Shown here piece after piece: positions 8,912-17,920 of a stretch of DNA of 64,000 bases. Every line of letters starts with the position of its first letter. Position 1 is the stretch's first letter. The notes under the pieces were generated by a model that was not told the origin of the DNA, made no database searches, and saw nothing but the letters and a program-made list of their open reading frames with translations. The stretch lies in the NCBI GenBank assembly GCA_913057225.1, contig CAJXNT010000003.1, positions 4,751 through 68,750 on the forward strand, written 5' to 3'. This DNA is from an uncultured Mycoplasmatota bacterium. Its GTDB lineage: Bacteria > Bacillota_I > Bacilli_A > Izemoplasmatales > Izemoplasmataceae. Made by a program: the position numbers and the translations under genes.

Positions 8912-9587
8912 GCAGGTCCCCTCCTTTGGCCAGTTTGTTCAGTGCTCGTTTGGCGGCGTTTTGCTCCGCTTGTTTTTTGGTGGTGCCTTCGCCTTCGCCC
9001 ATCAAAATGTCTTCCATATACACCCGCACAAAAAAGCGTTTATTGTGGGATGGACCCTCTTCTTTGAAGACTTGATACGAGAGTTGACGGTGGTCCGATT
9101 GCACCATTTCTTGCAATTCTGATTTGTAATCTTGATAGATTTCCGATTGGGGGTTTTCCAGTTCGGGAATGACGATGGTGTCGGTCACTTTATAGACTTC
9201 TTTCAAGCCTTGATCGAGAAAAATGGCGCCCAAAAAGGCTTCAAAGGCATCCGCCAAAAGCGCATCGCGGTGACGGCCTCCCGATTTTTCTTCACCGATG
9301 CCCAGTTTTAAATGCTGATCTAAGCCAACTTTTTTCGCATACACCACCAACGCTTTTTCATTGACGTATTGCGCCCGAGTTTTGGTCATGGTGCCTTCGG
9401 TCGCGTGGGGATCTTTGCGATATAAATAATCGGCAATGATGAGATCTAAAACCGCATCGCCAATGTATTCTAGGCGTTCGTTTGAAAGCGTATGATGCTC
9501 ATGCGCATAGGATGAATGCGTCATGGCACGCTCCAGTAACTCTTTATTTTTGAAGGTGATATTAAATTGGGCTTCCAGGGCTTTCAT
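8895..9587 (-). CDS. rnc: Ribonuclease III
   Basis: Signature ERLEYIGDAVLDL, C-terminal dsRBD (..GPSHNKRFFV..AEQNAAKRAL..); ATGA overlap with plsX stop. Confidence 0.93.
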   Translation of the reverse strand: MKALEAQFNITFKNKELLERAMTHSSYAHEHHTLSNERLEYIGDAVLDLIIADYLYRKDPHATEGTMTKTRAQYVNEKALVVYAKKVGLDQHLKLGIGEEKSGGRHRDALLADAFEAFLGAIFLDQGLKEVYKVTDTIVIPELENPQSEIYQDYKSELQEMVQSDHRQLSYQVFKEEGPSHNKRFFVRVYMEDILMGEGEGTTKKQAEQNAAKRALNKLAKGGDLRETDL

Positions 9588-10591
9588 GCGGGACTATCTG
9601 CCTCGATGATGGTTTTGACTTTGCCTAAGACGTCTTGTCTGACGACGTTCCGGGCTTGCCGGATGCCGTTATAAAACCCGTTGGCTTTAGAAGCGCCTTG
9701 CGCCTTAATCAATACCCCGTCTAATCCGTAAATCATCGCGCCGCCAATTTCGGATGGGTCGAGCCGTTTCCGGAACCGTTTGAGGTTGCCAATGGAAAGC
9801 ACGAGTCCAAGTTTGCCCAAAATGCCCCGGGAGAGTTCTTCTTTGAGGATGGTGCCCATGCCTTTGGCCGTGCCTTCGATGGTTTTCATGACAATGTTGG
9901 CGGTAAATCCATCGCTGAGTAAAACGTCACACGGCGGATTTAAGACATCTTTGGGTTCCACGTTGCCATAAAAAGAGATGGCGTCATGGGTTTTCAGCAA
10001 ACTGGCCACTTGCGTATCGAGTAAGCGGCCTTTGCCTTCTTCCGTCCCAATATTAATGAGTCCCACCGTCGGGTCTTTGACCCCTAACACTTCACGGGCA
10101 TAGACCGTCGCAAAATACGCTTGTTGCACCATGTATTCCGCTTTGATTTCGACGTTGGCGCCCGAATCGATGAGAATGAATGGTTTTTTCGGATCGGTGG
10201 TGGGTAAAACCGGGGCGATCGCCGTCCGCTTAATGCCTTTCATCCGGCCAATTAAAATATGCGCGCCGGCAATGAGCGCTTGCGTCGCACCGCTTGAAAC
10301 ACAGGCGGCATGCGTGCCGTCTTTGACCGCTTTTAAGGCCATGGCCATGGAACTTTTACGATTTTTGCGAATGGCCCCAATCGGGTCTTTTTCGCCCATC
10401 GCAATCACCCCATGCGTTTCCACGAATGAAAGTCTTGGATGCTCCCCTTTTAAATAAGGCGCCATTTTATCGTACTCACCATAGACAGTGATATGAATGT
10501 CATCAAACGATTTGAGGGCTTTATAGACCCCTTCAATTTGTTCTTTGGGGGCGTAATCGCCGCCCATTCCGTCCACTGCAATATGTATCAT
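9584..10591 (-). CDS. plsX: Phosphate acyltransferase PlsX
   Basis: N-terminal IAVDGMGGDYAP and overall PlsX-like sequence. Confidence 0.92.
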   Translation of the reverse strand: MIHIAVDGMGGDYAPKEQIEGVYKALKSFDDIHITVYGEYDKMAPYLKGEHPRLSFVETHGVIAMGEKDPIGAIRKNRKSSMAMALKAVKDGTHAACVSSGATQALIAGAHILIGRMKGIKRTAIAPVLPTTDPKKPFILIDSGANVEIKAEYMVQQAYFATVYAREVLGVKDPTVGLINIGTEEGKGRLLDTQVASLLKTHDAISFYGNVEPKDVLNPPCDVLLSDGFTANIVMKTIEGTAKGMGTILKEELSRGILGKLGLVLSIGNLKRFRKRLDPSEIGGAMIYGLDGVLIKAQGASKANGFYNGIRQARNVVRQDVLGKVKTIIEADSPA

Positions 10592-10649
10592 TTCACACCT
10601 CTAAATGTTCCCATTATAGCACAGCCCATTTCCCACAAATGTATCTTTA

Positions 10650-12557
10650 TTATAAGGCATTGGCTGACGTTCCATCGGATGAATCCCGAAGGGTCGCTTG
10701 AATCGCTTGGATCAAGTTAAGCGTTTCTTCATACGGCCACGCATCCAACGCATGAAACCCACTCTGATCGGTGCCGAATAAGGTCCCAAACCCACGGGTA
10801 TCGAGATCCATCTGCGCCAGTTCAAAGCCATCGGTGAGCGTTTTTAAGACATCCAGACGTTGTTTCACAGCCGCATTTCCTTGGTAAAGCAAGTAACACA
10901 CCCCATCGATGTGATGCCGCCCTAAGCGGCCTCTCAGTTGATGCAATTGCGCCACACCAAACCGCTCGGCATGATAAATCAGCATCAAGCCTGCGTCTTT
11001 GACGTCAATGCCCACTTCAATCACGGTGGTCGCAATTAAAAGATCGATTTCATGGGCCTGAAACGCGTGCAAGGTTTGGGTTTTTTCTTCCGCATGTTGG
11101 CCACCATGCAGAGTCGCCAGTCGCGCCTTTGGAAACCGGTCCCGGTAATAGTGTTCAATCCGTTCCACACTTAAGAGGGCCTCATCATCTTCAATCCGGG
11201 GGGCCACCACAAACACTTGCTGATTCGCCTCCAAAGCAAGTTCAATCATATAATCCAGCGTCTTCGCATTTTTAAGCGGGACCACTTCCGTTTTCACCGT
11301 GCGTCTTCCGGCGGGGACATCGTTCAAGGTGGTCACATCCATGTCTTGATACAAAGTTAACGCGAGGGTTCTAGGGATGGGGGTGGCCGATAAACTGATG
11401 AGATCGGCCGCTTTTCCTTTGGCGAGTAACGCCTCGCGTTGATTCACCCCAAACCGGTGTTGTTCATCGATGATGACTTGAGCGAGGGTTTTAAACCGCG
11501 TGGTTTTGGAAAACAGCTGATGCGTCCCAAAGACCATGGCCACCGTGCCCGCTTGGACGGCTTCCAATCGTTGTTTGAGCGTTTGAGCGTCCAAAGACCC
11601 TGTGAGAATGGTGCTGGCATAGGCATCTTTGAATAAGGTTTTGAAGGTTTGATGATGTTGACGGGCGAGGATTTCAGTGGGTGCCATCAACGCCACTTGA
11701 TGGCCGGTTTCTAAAAGACCGATGGCTGAAAGCATGGCCACCACGGTTTTACCCGATCCCGTGTCGCCTTGCAGCAATCGCCGTTTGGGGCGGGGGTCTT
11801 CTAAATCGTCTAAGAGCATTTGGACGCTTTCTTTTTGGCTTTTCGTTAAGGAAAAAGGAAGCGCAGCCGCCTGCGCCCATACTTTTTCTCGGGCCACAGG
11901 CTTTGCCGATGACATCTTATGATCATGCACGGATTGACGGCTCAGTTCACGGCCGGTTAAGTAGGCGATTTTTTGCCAGGTGTAAAAGGCTTGGATGTCT
12001 TCCAGTGATTGGGGGAAGTGCGCCTGGTAGAGCGTGTCGTGGCGACTCTTAAGAGAAAAGCGCGTTTGAATGCTTTTAGGCAGTGATTCTGGGATCTTAA
12101 GCTCTTGAAATCCCGCTCGGACCCATTCACGGAAACGTTTATCAGAGATCGTTTTGAGTTTATAACGTGGATTTAACCCCGGAGAAAAGTTTTCTTTTAA
12201 AAAGAGGCGTTGGGCCGTCATTGATTTTTTAAACACGCCATAAACAACGATGGACCTTCCCGGTTTTAAGTGGTGAAACCAGTGCGTTTGATTAAAGAGC
12301 GCGATTTGGATCGTTTCCCCAAGGATGGTGGCTTTAAAGGTGAGGCGCTTGAGGTTCCGCCGCACAGAAAATATTTTCGGTAGACTCGTGGCGGTCGCTT
12401 CATAATACGCCGGGGTGTCTAAGACGGTGTCTGCGATTTTTCGGTCATCATAGCTTTTTGGCACAGTTAAAAGAAGATCTTCGACCGTGAAAATCTTGAG
12501 GGCGTTGAGTTTGGCTTCGGTTTTGGGGCCAATGCCCGCGATTTCATGTAATTTCAT
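10650..12557 (-). CDS. recG: ATP-dependent DNA helicase RecG
   Basis: Wedge domain plus SF2 motifs GDTGSGKT, DEQHRFG, QLHQLRGRLGR. Start trimmed to M17 (12557) because 12572-12600 is the upstream terminator. Confidence 0.9.
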   Translation of the reverse strand: MKLHEIAGIGPKTEAKLNALKIFTVEDLLLTVPKSYDDRKIADTVLDTPAYYEATATSLPKIFSVRRNLKRLTFKATILGETIQIALFNQTHWFHHLKPGRSIVVYGVFKKSMTAQRLFLKENFSPGLNPRYKLKTISDKRFREWVRAGFQELKIPESLPKSIQTRFSLKSRHDTLYQAHFPQSLEDIQAFYTWQKIAYLTGRELSRQSVHDHKMSSAKPVAREKVWAQAAALPFSLTKSQKESVQMLLDDLEDPRPKRRLLQGDTGSGKTVVAMLSAIGLLETGHQVALMAPTEILARQHHQTFKTLFKDAYASTILTGSLDAQTLKQRLEAVQAGTVAMVFGTHQLFSKTTRFKTLAQVIIDEQHRFGVNQREALLAKGKAADLISLSATPIPRTLALTLYQDMDVTTLNDVPAGRRTVKTEVVPLKNAKTLDYMIELALEANQQVFVVAPRIEDDEALLSVERIEHYYRDRFPKARLATLHGGQHAEEKTQTLHAFQAHEIDLLIATTVIEVGIDVKDAGLMLIYHAERFGVAQLHQLRGRLGRHHIDGVCYLLYQGNAAVKQRLDVLKTLTDGFELAQMDLDTRGFGTLFGTDQSGFHALDAWPYEETLNLIQAIQATLRDSSDGTSANAL

Positions 12558-12571
12558 AGGCGTTTGGGTAT

Positions 12572-12600
12572 AAAAAAAGCTAGAGATGAACTCTAGCTTT
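12572..12600 (-). terminator. Intrinsic terminator after the yloV/fakA-like gene
   Basis: Minus strand AAAGCTAGAG-ttcat-CTCTAGCTTT followed by TTTTTAT. Confidence 0.8.
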
Positions 12601-12611
12601 ATCATACCATT

Positions 12612-14231
12612 TTACTCAACCGCGATTAAGTAATCGTATACGGCTTGATTGCCTTGAATGACTTCCACTTCCACATGGTCAAACATGTCGGAAAGGTATT
12701 TTTTCACGGCGTTCACTTCTTTTTCGTCAGGGCCTTCCCCGACCATGATGGTGACAATTTCACTCTCGGGGAGGATGAGGTCACCGCAGAGGAATTTCAC
12801 GCTGTCCAACCGGTTCGTTTGAGCCGAGACAATCGTGCCTTCCGCAATGCCTAGATAGTCCCCTTTATTGATTTTAAGGCCGTTGATTTTCGTATCGCGC
12901 ACCGCATAGGTCACTTCTCCGGTGCGGACATGATCAATCAGTTCATGCATTTCTTCAATGGCCGCATCCACGTCTTGATTGGCATCAAACATGGTGAGTG
13001 ACGCATAGCCTTGAGGAATGGTTTTTGCCGGCACGACGATGACATTTTTATCGGTGACTTCGGCGGCGGCGGTTTCGGCCGATAAGAAGACATTTTTATT
13101 GTTGGGGATGATGATGATGTTTTCGGCGTTGATGGCGTCAATGGCGTCGATGAAATCTTGGGTACTGGGGTTCATCGTTTGACCGCCTTCAATGACGACC
13201 GATACGCCCATTTCTTCAAACATGGTTCTCAGACCCGAACCGTTCACGACGGTGATGAGGCCATATTTTTGTTTGACGTCTTTTTTCTTCAGCGATTGAT
13301 TTTGTTTTTTTAGTTCTTCATGTTGCACGGTCATATTTTCGATTTTGAGTTTCAAAAACTCGCCATAGCGTTGGCCCAAATTTAAGGCATCGCCGGGGGT
13401 GACGGTATGGATGTGAACTTTACAGATCTCATCATCGGCGACCACAACAATGGAATCGCCCAATTCTTGAAGTTGCGCTTTAAAGATGTCGGTGTCAAAG
13501 GGTTTTTCCTCATCGAGCTCAATGATGAACTCCGTGCAATAGCCAAATTCGACTTCGCCTTCAATCTCATGATGGACGCCGATGCTTGGATCGACTTTCT
13601 CTTCGGCAAACACTTCGCCTTTGAGGGCGGAGATCATCCCTTCCACAATCAAGATGAGGCCTGCCCCACCACTGTCGACCACGCCCGATTCTTTGAGGGC
13701 GGGTAACATATCAGGGGTTCTTTCTAAGGATTGTTTGGCTTCGTCTAAATAGACATTTAAAACATCAATGATGTCCGCATCATCGTGGGCCACGGCGCTG
13801 GCTTTTTCCGCCGCTTCTCTGGCCACCGTGAGAATCGTGCCTTCCACGGGATTGATGACGGCACCATAGGCTTGTTGGACGCCTTGTTTTAACCCTTCAA
13901 TGAGGGCTGGTGCGGTGGCCGTTTTTTGTTCTTTAAAGGCTTTGGCAAAGCCAGAAAATAGCTGCGATAAGATGACGCCTGAGTTGCCGCGTGCGCCCAT
14001 CAGTAATCCTCTCGAGAGGGCTTTACCGACGACGTCAATGGATTCGTCATTGAGCGATTCAATGGCGCTGACCCCCGACATCATGGTGGATTGCATATTG
14101 GAACCGGTGTCCCCATCGGGCACCGGGAATACATTTAAATCGTTGATTTCTTGGTGTTGATTTTTAAGTTTAATGGTGCCATTTTTTATGATTAACTTTA
14201 ATAGATTTCCATCAATTTCGCGAGTACTCAT
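12612..14231 (-). CDS. fakA: DAK2-domain fusion protein of the YloV / FakA (fatty acid kinase subunit A) type
   Basis: N-terminal Dak2 motif FPVPDGDTGSNM. Size 539 aa. Conserved position between rpmB and recG. Start at 14231 has SD aggagg; the ORF-track 52-aa extension has none. Confidence 0.75.
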   Translation of the reverse strand: MSTREIDGNLLKLIIKNGTIKLKNQHQEINDLNVFPVPDGDTGSNMQSTMMSGVSAIESLNDESIDVVGKALSRGLLMGARGNSGVILSQLFSGFAKAFKEQKTATAPALIEGLKQGVQQAYGAVINPVEGTILTVAREAAEKASAVAHDDADIIDVLNVYLDEAKQSLERTPDMLPALKESGVVDSGGAGLILIVEGMISALKGEVFAEEKVDPSIGVHHEIEGEVEFGYCTEFIIELDEEKPFDTDIFKAQLQELGDSIVVVADDEICKVHIHTVTPGDALNLGQRYGEFLKLKIENMTVQHEELKKQNQSLKKKDVKQKYGLITVVNGSGLRTMFEEMGVSVVIEGGQTMNPSTQDFIDAIDAINAENIIIIPNNKNVFLSAETAAAEVTDKNVIVVPAKTIPQGYASLTMFDANQDVDAAIEEMHELIDHVRTGEVTYAVRDTKINGLKINKGDYLGIAEGTIVSAQTNRLDSVKFLCGDLILPESEIVTIMVGEGPDEKEVNAVKKYLSDMFDHVEVEVIQGNQAVYDYLIAVE

Positions 14232-14369
14232 GGTCGCCTCCTGTGCACGTCGCGTGCACGTATAATCAAGGTGGCAGAATCTGCCATAGTTCATTTTAGC
14301 ACCGAACCTACGATACTGCAAGTTATTATACAATTTTTGCAACTGAGTGGAGCGCTTGAGAATTAGTCC

Positions 14370-14397
14370 TTGCCAAACTCCCCCCATGTGCTATACT
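14370..14397 (+). promoter_or_regulatory. Sigma-A-type promoter of rpmB
   Basis: TTGCCA - 16 nt - TATACT, 40 nt upstream of the TTG start. Confidence 0.5.
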
Positions 14398-14437
14398 ACT
14401 TGAGCGATTACACATAGTCTTTAGGAGGTGTCGAATT

Positions 14438-14626
14438 TTGGCTAAAGAATGCTACGTAACCGGTAAAAAAAATATGTCAGGCAATACTCGTTCATTTTCA
14501 CTCAATTCCACCAAACGCAAATGGAAATCCAACTTACAAAAAGTGAGAATCGAAGAAAACGGTGAAGTGAAGACCGTCTATGTCTCCGCCCGTGCCCTGA
14601 AAAAATTCAAATTGACTCGAGTCTAA
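14438..14626 (+). CDS. rpmB: 50S ribosomal protein L28
   Basis: [23 protein letters not shown] typical L28; TTG start with SD aggagg 9 nt upstream. Confidence 0.92.
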   Translation: MAKECYVTGKKNMSGNTRSFSLNSTKRKWKSNLQKVRIEENGEVKTVYVSARALKKFKLTRV

Positions 14627-14644
14627 GGACTTGGGTCTTTTTTT

Positions 14645-15232
14645 TTAGTCCCGAGCTTCGATCACCAGCACGCGTCCTTCTTTCAAGGTGATGACGCCCG
14701 AGCCTTGATTGGAAATGCCAATGGTGTCGCCGTATTCAAGCTTTGCATCCGTGAGGGAATAGGCAAAGCCTTCTAAGGTGAGTCCTTGGACCAAGGGGGC
14801 CCCAAATAGTGAGAGATAAGGATGCGAATTCTCAATCACATGCCGCCCCGGCGTTAACACATACGCCTTAATGTGATCATTCAATAAGACCACAGGGCCT
14901 TGCAAAAGCAACCGCAGATTGGCTTCCATGTGGTCAAAGCGAACCCCCGCATTGGTGTATAAATAAATCGTGTCAGGGTTTTTTTCTAACGCGGCCATCA
15001 CCGCGAGCATGCTGTCGGTCTCATCTTTGACGGCGGCGTGTTTTTGAATGGCGACCTCCGGAAACGTCTTTTGGATGGACGCATAGTCACTGGAATCAAA
15101 ATCCCCCACAATCAAATCGATGGGGTGCTTTTGTTCCTGTAAAAAAAACGCGGCGGACTCCACCGCGATCGTATAATCCGCCTCTGTTTGAATGGCATAG
15201 GGCACGGGCGGCGCAAAAATATTAACGACCAT
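14645..15232 (-). CDS. thiN: Thiamine pyrophosphokinase
   Basis: GDFDS motif, rpe-thiN adjacency as in B. subtilis; start trimmed to M21 (overlaps rpe stop by 11 nt). Confidence 0.75.
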   Translation of the reverse strand: MVVNIFAPPVPYAIQTEADYTIAVESAAFFLQEQKHPIDLIVGDFDSSDYASIQKTFPEVAIQKHAAVKDETDSMLAVMAALEKNPDTIYLYTNAGVRFDHMEANLRLLLQGPVVLLNDHIKAYVLTPGRHVIENSHPYLSLFGAPLVQGLTLEGFAYSLTDAKLEYGDTIGISNQGSGVITLKEGRVLVIEARD

Positions 15233-15860
15233 AAAAGGCCTTGAGGGCTTTCTGAGGATCTTCGGCTTTAAAAATCGATGAGCCCACCACACAGATGTCG
15301 GCGCCCGCCGCCGTCACATCCTCGATGTTACCGAGATTGATGCCGCCATCGACGGAGATGAGAAAAGACGCATCAAGCGAAGATCTGAGCGCTTTCAGCG
15401 CGCTGATTTTTTGTAAGGAATGGGCCATAAAACTCTGCCCGCCAAAGCCCGGTTCCACGCTCATCACTAAGACGTGATCCAAATGAGGAAGATACGGTTC
15501 AAGCGCTGAAACGGGACTGCCCGGTTTGAGGGAAAGGCCCACAGGGATATTGCGCGACTTCACATAATCAATGAGGCTTTGGATGTCGCCGTCAATTTCC
15601 ACATGAAAGGTGATGCGATCACTGCCCGCATCGATGTATGCATCCATCAAACGTTCAGGATTGGCGACCATCAAATGCGTGTCAAACACCTGTGAAGACA
15701 AGGGCCGAATGGCTTCAATGACCATGGGCCCAAATGAAAGATTGGGCACAAAATGCCCATCCATCACATCCAGATGCAGCCATCTCGCATCGTCGATCTT
15801 TTTAAGATCGGTGCTTAAAGACTGAAAGTTCGCGGCCAACAGCGACGGCGCTATGATCAT
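15222..15860 (-). CDS. rpe: Ribulose-phosphate 3-epimerase
   Basis: IAPSLLAANF..HLDVMDGHFVPN.. signature. Confidence 0.92.
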   Translation of the reverse strand: MIIAPSLLAANFQSLSTDLKKIDDARWLHLDVMDGHFVPNLSFGPMVIEAIRPLSSQVFDTHLMVANPERLMDAYIDAGSDRITFHVEIDGDIQSLIDYVKSRNIPVGLSLKPGSPVSALEPYLPHLDHVLVMSVEPGFGGQSFMAHSLQKISALKALRSSLDASFLISVDGGINLGNIEDVTAAGADICVVGSSIFKAEDPQKALKAFYGR

Positions 15861-15876
15861 AAGAATGCTCCTTGAT

Positions 15877-16740
15877 TCAGTACTCTAACGCTTTGAGTTC
15901 GTCGTATATTTTTTGATAGCTTTGATACCGGGTGGTCGGGATAAGCCCGGATGCCACCGCGGCTTTGACCGCACAGCCAGGTTCGTTCAAGTGCTGGCAG
16001 GTGCGGAACTTGCACGCCGATTGGAGACCCTCAAATTCCACAAAACAATCTCTGAGTTCTTCTTTTTGAATGGCTTCAAACGAAAGCTTGGAAAACCCAG
16101 GGGTATCCACAATAAATCCGTCAAAGCGGTGCCAAAGCTCCACGTGGCGGGTGGTGTGTTTACCCCGACCGAGCGCTTTCGAAATCTCTCCGGTTTTCAA
16201 GTTCAAATCGGGCGATAAGGTATTGATGAGGGAACTTTTGCCCGCCCCGGTTTGCCCCGCAAAAACCGTTAAGTTGTCTTTCAACAACGGTTTGAGAGGC
16301 GCCGTGGTGGCGGGATCGTGTTTCGACATGTAGTAAACATCAAAATGCTGTTCATAAAAGGCCATGGTCGCTTTTAGATCTGCCATGGCTGCATCATTAA
16401 GTAAATCGATTTTTGTGAGAATGATGACGCCTTTGATTTGAGCGTGCGCAATTTGCACTAAAAATCGGTCCAATAAGATGAGCGAAAACTCACGGGGCGT
16501 TGCACTCATCAAAATCAGCGCCTGATCGACGTTGGCCACGGGGGGTCTTTTCAACATGGAATGACGGGGATGAACCTCCGTGATTTGTTGGTTTTCTTTA
16601 TCAAAACTCACCCAATCGCCCACACGCGGATCAATCGCTTGATGCCGAAACACGCCGCGGGGTTTGCATGGCACCTCATCGGTGCCATCAAAGACCGTGT
16701 AAATGCCGCCCGTCAACTTAATGATACGGCCGGTGGTCAA
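15877..16740 (-). CDS. rsgA: Ribosome small-subunit-dependent GTPase A
   Basis: Circularly permuted GTPase: TKIDL .. GQTGAGKSSLIN; Zn-finger CKFRTCQHLNEPGC; TTG start. Confidence 0.9.
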   Translation of the reverse strand: MTTGRIIKLTGGIYTVFDGTDEVPCKPRGVFRHQAIDPRVGDWVSFDKENQQITEVHPRHSMLKRPPVANVDQALILMSATPREFSLILLDRFLVQIAHAQIKGVIILTKIDLLNDAAMADLKATMAFYEQHFDVYYMSKHDPATTAPLKPLLKDNLTVFAGQTGAGKSSLINTLSPDLNLKTGEISKALGRGKHTTRHVELWHRFDGFIVDTPGFSKLSFEAIQKEELRDCFVEFEGLQSACKFRTCQHLNEPGCAVKAAVASGLIPTTRYQSYQKIYDELKALEY

Positions 16741-16752
16741 AGGCTATACTCG

Positions 16753-17241
16753 CTAGTTAATGACATGTTCAGGGTCTAAGTCGGTCGCAATGCCGACAAA
16801 TTTTAAGGCAAAGGTTTCTAAGTCTTGACGCAAATCGTCCGCGTCTCCACCCAGGCGTAAGTTATCGCCCACCACCGTGGCGCCTTTTTCACTCAGCCAC
16901 GTGCGAATGACATCGGTCGCGCCGCAAAAGGCTTCTGGGAATCCTTCGGGGTCCCCAAAGCCAAACACACCGACGTCTAAGGGGGAAATTAATGCCGGAT
17001 CCACGTCTTCCATGAATACTTTGAAATCATCTTGAGGAAGCCCATGATCCCACGTCGATGCGCCCATGAGAACCGCCTTGGCGCTTTTGAGTTTTTCTTC
17101 CACGCGCAGATCCCCTGCGGCGATGGTTTCGGCTTGAATGCCGTCTTGACGGTTGAGCGCATGCGCCATAATTTCGGCGGCGCGTTCGGTGTTGCCAGTT
17201 TCACTGCCATAAATGATAAGGACTTGATTGTAAATTGCCAT
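16753..17241 (-). CDS. Flavodoxin
   Basis: FMN-binding loop IIYGSETGNTE; start at second ATG (SD aggag 6 nt upstream). Confidence 0.8.
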   Translation of the reverse strand: MAIYNQVLIIYGSETGNTERAAEIMAHALNRQDGIQAETIAAGDLRVEEKLKSAKAVLMGASTWDHGLPQDDFKVFMEDVDPALISPLDVGVFGFGDPEGFPEAFCGATDVIRTWLSEKGATVVGDNLRLGGDADDLRQDLETFALKFVGIATDLDPEHVIN

Positions 17242-17250
17242 GTTCATCTC

Positions 17251-17814
17251 CTAGTGGTTGGTTTTGATGGATTCGTAATAATTCGCCATGGTCTGGCGGT
17301 AATAAGGTTGGACAAAGAGAATGGTGAGAATGCCAAGGGTCAAAGCGCCCAAGATGTGCCATCCGATGAATGATAATTGCAAGCCAAACAATTGCAACTT
17401 GTGCCCATCCATGAGCTCGCGTGAGCGGGTGATGGGATTGGCTTCTTCGGCATCATCGGCCAAAATATAAGGCGTTAAAAAGTAACTGTAATATTTGATG
17501 ATGGCGGGAACGATCAAAAGCAGCGACCATAAGAAAAGATAGAGGCCTCTTAAAAAGAGTTGAACCACATGATTAAAATAGCTCTTCCCTCTTAAACTAA
17601 CCACTAAATCCCCCAGTTCGGATGGTTTCTCGCGGGCAAGATTGATGAACGCATACGAACTTCCGACGGTGATCGGCAAGGCAAGGAGGGCGCCGATGAC
17701 GGTGGTTGACAGGGCTGAGAGGACCACGATTTCGATGAGAACCAGCAAAATCATGAGGCCTTTTTGAGTGGAATAGGTTGCTCTCGCTTGGCGCTTTAAA
17801 TCCGCCATATTCAT
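17251..17814 (-). CDS. DUF975-like integral membrane protein
   Basis: Four to five hydrophobic helices, N-terminal ..LKRQAR..Y....G pattern seen in DUF975 proteins; SD gagga. Confidence 0.5.
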   Translation of the reverse strand: MNMADLKRQARATYSTQKGLMILLVLIEIVVLSALSTTVIGALLALPITVGSSYAFINLAREKPSELGDLVVSLRGKSYFNHVVQLFLRGLYLFLWSLLLIVPAIIKYYSYFLTPYILADDAEEANPITRSRELMDGHKLQLFGLQLSFIGWHILGALTLGILTILFVQPYYRQTMANYYESIKTNH

Positions 17815-17880
17815 AGAGATTCCTCGACTTTCTAAAGCAGGCTTTGATGGCCTTATTATAGCATATTTAAAGGCCTAAAT

Positions 17881-17912
17881 AAAAAACGTCTCACGCCTGT
17901 GAGACATTTTTT
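17881..17912. terminator. Bidirectional intrinsic terminator downstream of ald
   Basis: AAAAAAC-GTCTCAC-gcct-GTGAGAC-ATTTTTTATTT. Confidence 0.8.
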
Positions 17913-17920
17913 ATTTGGCA

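Noticed and set aside
14232-14387. N-terminal extensions in the ORF track. Examples are 14232-14387 on fakA, 19019-19147 on ald, 21456-21608 on pheT, 29768-29881 on polC, 12558-12605 on recG, 48182-48292 on ccpA and 57741-57881 on tal.
   Set aside because: The extensions lack SD sequences, run through terminators or promoters or the preceding gene, and precede an internal Met that has a good SD and matches the conserved family N-terminus.
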